Shown here: positions 57,304 to 64,000 of the stretch, piece by piece | How positions within the stretch are numbered: position 1 is the stretch's first letter | Layout: the number at the start of each line of letters is the position of its first letter | Translations under genes and position numbers: made by a program | From: Candidatus Latescibacterota bacterium | GTDB taxonomy: Bacteria; Latescibacterota; UBA2968; GCA-2709665 | DNA length: 64,000 nucleotides | Direction of reading: 5' to 3' | NCBI GenBank assembly: GCA_965248435.1 | Contig: OZ252100.1 | Coordinates: forward strand, 4,512,001 to 4,576,000 | The notes under the pieces: model-generated | Told to the model about the DNA's origin: nothing | Seen by the model: the letters and a program-made list of their open reading frames with translations, nothing else | The model's database searches: none

Positions 57304-59010
57304 TTGCCGAACCCCTTTGTAGATGAGATCGTGCAGCAACTGGCCCAGGCATCGGGTGTTTCATCTGAGGACTTCGTCCCCCTGATCGAAGTGCCCCCAA
57401 ATCCGGACCTGGGAGATTACGCGCTGCCCTGTTTTAGCCTGGCAAAGACGCTTCGGAAGGCCCCGAACCAGATCGCGCTGGAGTTGGCAGAGCAGTTGAA
57501 ATTCGGCGACAGGATCTCGGAGGTACGCGCGGCGGGACCCTATATCAATTTCTTCGTTCACCCGTCCAGCTTTGTCGAGGAGGTCCTCTCGAAGGTTCTT
57601 GCCCAGAGTCGAGAGTTCGGTCGTACAGATGTCGGGACTGGTAAGACGATCGTCATCGATTTTTCCCACCCGAACGTCGCCAAGCCTTTCGGGATTCATC
57701 ACCTGCGTTCGACAGTGATCGGGAATGCGCTCAGGAATATCTTCCGGGCGCTGGGATACGAGGTTGTGGGCGTCAACCACCTAGGAGACTGGGGTTCTCA
57801 GTTCGCCAAGCTCATTGTGGCCTGGAAGCGCTGGGGTGAAGGCGAGCTCACAGAAGAGGCCATCAACATCCAATCGCTTTTGGATCTCTACGTGCGAATC
57901 CACGAGGAGATCGAAGACGATCCTGCGGTAGAAGAAGAAGCCCGAAACTGGTTCCGACGCCTGGAGGACGGAGATGCTGAAGCCACGCGTATGTGGCAGG
58001 TATGCGTTAATGTCAGCTTCAAAGAGTTCAACCGCGTTTATGAAACGCTGGGGATCACGTTTGAATCCGTGGCGGGGGAGAGTTTTTATCAGGATAAGAT
58101 GCCGGCTACGCTCAAGCGGTTGGAGGAGATGGGACTTACCCGGATCAGCGAAGGGGCGACGATTGTAGACCTCTCCGAGTGGGATATGTCTCCCTTCATG
58201 GCCCTGCGAAGTGACGATGCCACGCTTTATGCCACGCGCGATCTGGCCGCGGTCGAATACCGCCAGGAAACCTACGGGTTTCATCAGATGCTCTATGTGG
58301 TAGACGTGGCGCAGTCTCTGCATTTCAGGCAGCTGTTCAAGGTCCTGGAGTTGATGGGCTATGAATGGGGCGAACGATGTGCCCACGTCGTGTTCGGCCG
58401 GCTTCGCTTCAAGGATGGAGCGATGTCTACGCGGCGGGGTCAGATTATCTTTCTGGAAGACGTGCTGAACAAGGCGGTGGATCTGACACGGGAGATCATC
58501 GAAGAGAAGAACCCGGATTTGCCGGACAAGGAGCAGGTGGCTCGAGATGTGGGGATCGGGGCTGTAATCTTCGCTGACTTGGATTCCCGTCGGGTTCGGG
58601 ACGTTGTGTTCGACTGGGACGAAGTCCTGAATTTTAACGGAGAGACCGGGCCTTATGTTCAGTATACACACGCGCGCTATCGTAGTGTGCTGCGGAACTT
58701 TGGACAAGCCCTGCCCCCTTCGGATGTCGATTTCTCTCTTCTGACCGAGCCTGAGACGCTTGCCGTTGTGAAATGCCTGGAACAGTTCCCGTCGCAGATT
58801 GAAAACGCGGCTGAGGAGTATGAACCCTCGCTCATCGCCACATATCTGATCGATCTGTGTAGGGTCGCGAACCGGTTCTACAACGCACACCGCGTGATTT
58901 CGGAAGAGGCACCGCTGACATCGGCGCGCGTGGCGCTCGTTTATGCCATCACGGAAGTGCTGGCCGCCGGGCTGGATCTTCTGGGCATGAAGGCGCCCGA
59001 GCAGATGTGA
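57304..59010 (+). CDS. argS: Arginine--tRNA ligase
   Basis: 'GDY', 'GPYINF', 'DFSHPNVAKP..HLRSTVIG', 'NHLGDWG', 'MSTRRG', 'GETGPYVQYTHAR', C-terminal 'PEQM'. Confidence 0.97.
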   Translation: MPNPFVDEIVQQLAQASGVSSEDFVPLIEVPPNPDLGDYALPCFSLAKTLRKAPNQIALELAEQLKFGDRISEVRAAGPYINFFVHPSSFVEEVLSKVLAQSREFGRTDVGTGKTIVIDFSHPNVAKPFGIHHLRSTVIGNALRNIFRALGYEVVGVNHLGDWGSQFAKLIVAWKRWGEGELTEEAINIQSLLDLYVRIHEEIEDDPAVEEEARNWFRRLEDGDAEATRMWQVCVNVSFKEFNRVYETLGITFESVAGESFYQDKMPATLKRLEEMGLTRISEGATIVDLSEWDMSPFMALRSDDATLYATRDLAAVEYRQETYGFHQMLYVVDVAQSLHFRQLFKVLELMGYEWGERCAHVVFGRLRFKDGAMSTRRGQIIFLEDVLNKAVDLTREIIEEKNPDLPDKEQVARDVGIGAVIFADLDSRRVRDVVFDWDEVLNFNGETGPYVQYTHARYRSVLRNFGQALPPSDVDFSLLTEPETLAVVKCLEQFPSQIENAAEEYEPSLIATYLIDLCRVANRFYNAHRVISEEAPLTSARVALVYAITEVLAAGLDLLGMKAPEQM

Positions 59011-59047
59011 GAGGCCGCGGCGCGCCGTCAGAGAGAGCAGTGATTGA

Positions 59048-59611
59048 ATGGACCCCGTTCCCGATCGTCAGATTTTCATCACCGGGTTTATGGCTACTGG
59101 AAAGAGCAAGATCGGCCCGATCGTCGCGAACTGTCTGGGACGGTCCTACGTGGATACTGACGATTTGATTCAAGAGGTGGCGGGGAAGACGATTCCAGAG
59201 ATTTTTGAGGAGGATGGCGAGGCGGCCTTTCGGAAGATCGAGCAGGACTGTGTCAGAAAAGCCTCCGGGATGCAGAATTCTGTGATCGCCTTGGGGGGTG
59301 GTGTGGTCACACACGAGGCCAACTGGGAGACGATTCGTTCTACGGGGATCTGTATCTGCTTGCGCGCCTCACCAGAGACGATCGACAGGCGAGTGGCACG
59401 AAGCCGTGAGCGGCCCCTGCTTGACGGATTGAATGACAAGACTCGAATGGAAAAGATTTGCGAGCTGCTCGCGGAGCGTGAGCCGTTCTATAGCAGGGCG
59501 GATCTGTTCGTGACGTCGACCGAAAACCGGAAGCCGGAAGGTACAGCGGAACTCGTTGTCGAGGCGTTGATGAAGTTTGCCCAAGAGACCGGGGACCGGG
59601 AAAGTAAATGA
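59048..59611 (+). CDS. aroK: Shikimate kinase
   Basis: 'GFMATGKS', 'DTD', 'IF..DGE..FR', 'ALGGG', 'RPLL'. Confidence 0.95.
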   Translation: MDPVPDRQIFITGFMATGKSKIGPIVANCLGRSYVDTDDLIQEVAGKTIPEIFEEDGEAAFRKIEQDCVRKASGMQNSVIALGGGVVTHEANWETIRSTGICICLRASPETIDRRVARSRERPLLDGLNDKTRMEKICELLAEREPFYSRADLFVTSTENRKPEGTAELVVEALMKFAQETGDRESK

Positions 59612-59758
59612 CGGGTACCGTGAAGCCGTCGCTCGTCGCTCGTCGTTCGCGGTTCGCAAACTAAAACCTTACCATATATGCCTGCCCCAGAAAATGCTTT
59701 TATTCCGGGGGCACAGAAGACACAGAGAAGATAGAGCGATGAAGAAAAGGCAGGATCG

Positions 59759-60862
59759 ATGCCAACCCTTCAAGTTAACTTAGGCGAGCGAAGTTACCCG
59801 ATCCGGATCGGACACGGCACGCTGACGGGCCTCGGGCAGGCCTACCAGGAGATGAATCTGGGGCGAGCGGCGGCGATCGTGACGAATCCGACGGTGGCCG
59901 AGCTCTACCTGGATGTGGTGAACGGCAGCTTGCGTGACTCTGGCATCGTCACCACGGTGGTGACCATTCCGGACGGGGAGGCTTACAAGACCCTTGAGAC
60001 CGCAGATGGGGTCTACGGTGACTTGATCACCGCGGGTCTCGACAGAGGTGCCTCGGTCGTGTCCCTGGGAGGGGGGGTCGTTGGAGATACTGCTGGCTTT
60101 GTGGCTGCGACCTATTTGAGAGGGGTCCCCTTCGTGCAGATCCCGACGACGCTGGAGGCGCAGGTCGATGCCAGCGTTGGCGGAAAGACGGGGGTGGATC
60201 ATCCACTGGGAAAGAACATGATCGGGGCATTTCACCAGCCCCGGATGGTATACATCGACACGGATACGCTTCGATCCCTTCCCAGACGGGAGGTGGTTGC
60301 AGGGTTGGCCGAGGTGATCAAACACGCGCTGATTCGTGATGCCGACCTGTTCGCCTTTCTGGAAGCGAGACTGGAGGAAATCATCGAGCTCGGTATTGAA
60401 CCGAATGATCTGGACTGGCTGATCTCGGAAAACTGTCGCATAAAGGCGGAGGTGGTGGAGGTCGATGAGACGGAGGATTCGGGGACGCGAGAGGTCCTGA
60501 ACTACGGGCACACCGCAGGGCACGCGATCGAGGCCTTGACCGACTACGGGAGATACCGGCACGGCGAGGCGGTCTGCCTGGGCATGCTGGCCGCCGGCAA
60601 GATTGCTCTAGACAGGTCGTTCTGGACACAGGTGGACTTCGATCGTCAGAATGCGCTGCTAAAGAGGCTGGGGATCCCACGGGGTGCAGCGGCACTGGAG
60701 CCGGCCGCCCTGGTGGAACAGATGGGGAGGGACAAGAAGGTCCGGGACGGCGTGATTCGCTTCGTGCTGGCCGAGGGGATCGGGCAAGCGGCGAGCTGCG
60801 ATTCCGTTACTCGCGGAGAGATCGACGCCGGGATCGCTTACATGCAGGAGTGCTCTTCGTAG
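59759..60862 (+). CDS. aroB: 3-dehydroquinate synthase
   Basis: 'DGEAYK', 'GGGVVGD', 'RG....PTT..AQVDASVGGKTG', 'KNMIGAFHQP', 'LNYGHTAGHAIE', 'HGEAV', 'DKK'. Confidence 0.97.
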   Translation: MPTLQVNLGERSYPIRIGHGTLTGLGQAYQEMNLGRAAAIVTNPTVAELYLDVVNGSLRDSGIVTTVVTIPDGEAYKTLETADGVYGDLITAGLDRGASVVSLGGGVVGDTAGFVAATYLRGVPFVQIPTTLEAQVDASVGGKTGVDHPLGKNMIGAFHQPRMVYIDTDTLRSLPRREVVAGLAEVIKHALIRDADLFAFLEARLEEIIELGIEPNDLDWLISENCRIKAEVVEVDETEDSGTREVLNYGHTAGHAIEALTDYGRYRHGEAVCLGMLAAGKIALDRSFWTQVDFDRQNALLKRLGIPRGAAALEPAALVEQMGRDKKVRDGVIRFVLAEGIGQAASCDSVTRGEIDAGIAYMQECSS

Positions 60863-60885
60863 ATCGTCGTTCGTGGATCGCAATG

Positions 60886-60991
60886 ACCGGGTACCGGGAT
60901 AGGTAGATAGGTTACAGAGACCTGACGGTTTGGGGGCGACGCCTGCGTCGCCCCGAGAAACCAAAACACGGGTACAGGGTACCGTAAGACC
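60886..60991. repeat. Composite interspersed repeat, copy 2
   Basis: ACCGGGTACCGGGATAGGTAGATAGGTTACAG...GGGGCGACGC-CT-GCGTCGCCCC...CAAAACACGGGTAC.GGGTACCGTAA; matches 24949-25053; flanked by CGTCGTT/CGTGGAT 7-mers. Confidence 0.85.
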
Positions 60992-61094
60992 GTCGTTCGT
61001 CGCTCGTAGATCGCAAACAATCAAAAAGGGAAGGTCGAATGACCTTCCCTTTTGTCATTCCACAACAGATTGTGGAATGTTATAAGCACGGCGC

Positions 61095-62507
61095 CTATTT
61101 TTTCTTGGGGATGTAGAGGTCTGTTGCCGTGCCGAGATAGATCTCTGCGGCGATGCCGATCGACTCCGAAAGCGAAGGGTGCGGATGAATGCTCAAAGCG
61201 AGGTCTTCGGCCACGGCGGCCATTTCCACGGCTACCACTCCTTCCGCAATCAGTTCTCCCGCGTGGGGGCCGGTAATGCCCACACCTAAAATTCGCTGCG
61301 TTTCCGGATCGACCACGAGTTTTGTGAGACCTTCGGTTCGCGCGATCGTGGCGGCTCGCCCCGAGGCCGCCCAGGGGAATCGGGCGACTTCGACCTTCCG
61401 GTTCTCCTGCTTGGCCTGCTCTTCGGTCAGCCCGCACCAAGCGACTTCCGGATCCGTGTAGACGACACTCGGGATGACGCTGTCGAACACGGAAGGCTCT
61501 CCGGCGAGCACTTCGGCGGCGACCTTGCCTTCGTGGCTGGCCTTGTGGGCGAGTCCAGGGCCCTCCACGACATCGCCGATCGCGAGGATGGTTTCGTCCC
61601 GGGTTCGCTGCCGTGCATCCACCAGTATGAATCCGCGCTCGCTGAGCTCCACCTGGGTGTTTTCGAGACCGATCCCCCGGCTGTTCGGGACCCGACCCAC
61701 AGAGACCAGGATGCGATCGAAGGTCTGTTCTGCCTCTTTGACCTCTCCCTCCAACGTAGCAGTGATTCCCTTCTGGGATTCTTTCGTCGACGTGACCTTC
61801 GTGTTGAGGTGGATGGCTTTGAAGATCTTTTCCATTCGATTTTGCAGGGGTCTCACCAGATCGCGGTCGGTGCCCGGGAGCAGTCCGTCCAGGAGCTCGA
61901 CGACCGTGACCTCGCTGCCGAGTTCGGCGTAGACCGTGCTGAGCTCCAGGCCGATGATGCCTCCTCCGACCGCAAGCAGCCGTTTGGGCACGTCTTCGAG
62001 CTCGAGGGCCGAGGTGGAGTCCAAAATGCGAGTGCTGTTCGAGTCGAAGATCGGGAGTGTACCGGGACTCGAGCCGGTCGCCACGATGGCGTGGCCGAAC
62101 TCGATGGATGAGACCTTGCTGTTTCCCTCGATCCGAACAGACCGTGAGCTCTCGAAGGCGGCACGCCCCTGGATGTGATCCACTTTTCGCTGCTTGCAGA
62201 GACCGGATAGGCCCCCCGACAGCCGGCTGATGATACCGTCCTTCCAGTTCCTCATCACATCCAGGTCGATCTCAGGTTTCTGAAACCTGAGACCCCAGCC
62301 CTCCGCCTCTCGCGATTCAGAGATGAGACCCGCGACGTGGAGCAGGGCCTTGGACGGGATGCAACCTCTCAAGAGACACGTGCCGCCGAGTTGTTCGTCC
62401 ACTTCGACGATGGTTGTCTGTAACCCCAGGTCGGCTGCGCGGAAGGCTGAAGCGTATCCACCGGGTCCGCCTCCGATGACAAGGACATCCGTCTTATTCG
62501 CCGGCAT
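61095..62507 (-). CDS. lpdA: Dihydrolipoyl dehydrogenase (E3)
   Basis: 'GGGPGGY', redox 'GGTCLLRGCIPSK', 'GGGIIGLE', 'HPHPSLSE'. Confidence 0.97.
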   Translation of the reverse strand: MPANKTDVLVIGGGPGGYASAFRAADLGLQTTIVEVDEQLGGTCLLRGCIPSKALLHVAGLISESREAEGWGLRFQKPEIDLDVMRNWKDGIISRLSGGLSGLCKQRKVDHIQGRAAFESSRSVRIEGNSKVSSIEFGHAIVATGSSPGTLPIFDSNSTRILDSTSALELEDVPKRLLAVGGGIIGLELSTVYAELGSEVTVVELLDGLLPGTDRDLVRPLQNRMEKIFKAIHLNTKVTSTKESQKGITATLEGEVKEAEQTFDRILVSVGRVPNSRGIGLENTQVELSERGFILVDARQRTRDETILAIGDVVEGPGLAHKASHEGKVAAEVLAGEPSVFDSVIPSVVYTDPEVAWCGLTEEQAKQENRKVEVARFPWAASGRAATIARTEGLTKLVVDPETQRILGVGITGPHAGELIAEGVVAVEMAAVAEDLALSIHPHPSLSESIGIAAEIYLGTATDLYIPKKK

Positions 62508-62582
62508 TTCGAATCCAGATCAGGTTAAGTAAAAGAGGAGGGTGGTATATAGATGTTTTGGAAGAGCGATCTCGCGTCCGTT

Positions 62583-63878
62583 CTACCCACCGAGGAGCAT
62601 CTGCTCCGGATTTTCTAGGGAATCCACGAGGTGTTTCGTAAAGCGGGCACCGTCCGCGCCGTCGATGGCACGGTGGTCGTAGGAAATACAGATCGGCATC
62701 ATCAGGCGGACTTCAATCCGCCCGTCCCGAACGATCGGTTCCTGCTGGCTGCGAGAGATCCCCATGATGGCCACCTCCGGAGCGTTCACGATGGGGGTGA
62801 ATCCTGTTCCTGTGATGGTCCCGAGGTTCGTGATCGTGAAGCAGCCTCCTTGAAGATCGTTCGGGCTCACCTTGCCTGTCCGGGTACGCTCTGCGATGTC
62901 GGAGAGTTCAGCGGCAAGTTGGAAAAGGTCTTTTCGATCCACGTCTTTGACGACGGGTACGAGCAGTCCTCGCTCTGTGTCCACCGCAATTCCGACGTTG
63001 TAGTAGTGCTTTAAGATCATTTCCTCCGACTTCAGATCGAGGCTGGCATTGAACGCGGGGAAGGCCTTCAGCGCGTTGACGACGGCCTTGAGGATCAGGA
63101 CGGTGGGCGTGAGCTTTCCGCCTTTTGCCTCGGCTTCAGCCTTATGACGCTGGCGGAAGGCTTCGAGTTCAGTGACGTCGGCCTTGTCGAACTGCGTGAC
63201 GTGCGGGATGGTTCCCCATGCCAGGGCCATGTGCTCGGCTGTTTTCTTTCTGACCACGTTGAGCGCGACCCGTTCTGTCTCACCCCATTTGGAGAAGTCC
63301 GGCAGATCAGCGGTTGTTGCGACCATCTCTCCGGCTGCAGGACCGGCCGACATCGTGCCCTTCACGTACGCCTGGACGTCGTCACGTGTGATGCGGCCCC
63401 CGGATCCAGTTCCGCGAAGCTGATGCAGGTCGACGCCGAGCTCTCGGGCCATACGCCGGACACTTGGCGCAGCAGGTACCGGGGCCGCGGTCTCTTCTGG
63501 AGGAGAGGGCGGCGGTGCAGCCGCCGCTTCTGGCTCGGGTGCCTCCGGCTCTGCGATAGGTTCCGGCTCTGTCGGCTGCTCTGGCGGTTGCTCGGGCTCG
63601 GAGGGCGCTTCCGCTTCCGAAAGTGCCTGTTCACCATCGGTGTCCTCCTCGATGGTGAACAGCAGGGTGCCAACCGGTACCTTGTCGCCCTGCTTGACTT
63701 TAATCGATATAACCTTACCCGCGTGGGGCGATGGGACCTCGATCAGCGCCTTGTCGGTCTCCAGCTCGAGCAGCGTCTGATCCGCTTGAACCAGGTCGCC
63801 TTCAGATACAAGGACACGCGCCACGTTCCCTGATTCGATGCCTTCCCCGAGGTCGGGGAGCTTAAACTCCTTTGCCAC
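62583..63878 (-). CDS. aceF: Dihydrolipoamide acyltransferase (pyruvate dehydrogenase E2)
   Basis: One lipoyl domain 'ETDKA', E3-binding 'PSVRRMARELG..GSGGRI', catalytic 'DHRAIDG'; lies between aceE and lpdA. Confidence 0.9.
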   Translation of the reverse strand: MAKEFKLPDLGEGIESGNVARVLVSEGDLVQADQTLLELETDKALIEVPSPHAGKVISIKVKQGDKVPVGTLLFTIEEDTDGEQALSEAEAPSEPEQPPEQPTEPEPIAEPEAPEPEAAAAPPPSPPEETAAPVPAAPSVRRMARELGVDLHQLRGTGSGGRITRDDVQAYVKGTMSAGPAAGEMVATTADLPDFSKWGETERVALNVVRKKTAEHMALAWGTIPHVTQFDKADVTELEAFRQRHKAEAEAKGGKLTPTVLILKAVVNALKAFPAFNASLDLKSEEMILKHYYNVGIAVDTERGLLVPVVKDVDRKDLFQLAAELSDIAERTRTGKVSPNDLQGGCFTITNLGTITGTGFTPIVNAPEVAIMGISRSQQEPIVRDGRIEVRLMMPICISYDHRAIDGADGARFTKHLVDSLENPEQMLLGG

Positions 63879-63895
63879 GCTTCCTCCTGTATTCC

Positions 63896-64000
63896 TCAGC
63901 CTATGAACTGTGCCACGATTGGGCCGGCAGCGACGGGGTCGGCCTTCTCGGGGTCGATGTCGAGATCCCGGATGGCCTTTTCGACAAGTTCCTTCTCTAC
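63896..64000 (-). CDS. aceE: 3' end of pyruvate dehydrogenase E1 (AceE type), partial at window edge
   Basis: Minus strand reads VEKELVEKAIRDLDIDPEKADPVAAGPIVAQFIG*, resembling the AceE C-terminus; directly upstream of E2. Confidence 0.65.
   Translation of the reverse strand, partial: VEKELVEKAIRDLDIDPEKADPVAAGPIVAQFIG

Overview
Bacterial chromosomal window of moderately high GC. There is no rRNA, tRNA, CRISPR array or intact transposase. (1) 0.1-13.7 kb: a complete, co-directional gene cluster for a periplasmic (Tat-exported) type II DMSO-reductase-family molybdoenzyme of the Nitrospira/anammox NXR type. Order: beta-barrel porin, two YceI proteins, diheme-c/heme-b gamma-like subunit, alpha, small ORF, beta, TorD-like chaperone, HExxH/Zn-finger protein, broken URO-D relic, mobB, then convergent nnrS. 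(2) 14-36 kb: accessory and regulatory genes, including gene relics, two sigma-70 factors, an alginate-export porin, a Lon-like protease, a DHDPS-family lyase, a CusCBA efflux pump, gdhA, tatA, a 6S-like RNA behind a perfect sigma-70 promoter and a sigma-54-driven DUF151 nuclease. (3) 36.3-43 kb: a catabolic cluster for gamma-glutamylation, P450 oxidation and extradiol ring cleavage. (4) 43-60.9 kb: a roughly 17.5-kb aromatic-amino-acid supra-operon (trpEGDCF-tyrS-trpBA-CM-DAHPS-tyrA-aroA-like-aroE-menG-argS-aroK-aroB). It is preceded by an unannotated Phe/Trp/Tyr-rich leader peptide and attenuator, and its aroA homolog lacks most catalytic residues. (5) 61-64 kb: pyruvate dehydrogenase lpdA, E2 and the 3' end of aceE on the minus strand. 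REP-like hairpins set in 7-bp-periodic repeats recur in intergenic gaps. All product calls rest on motif recognition only; no database search was run.
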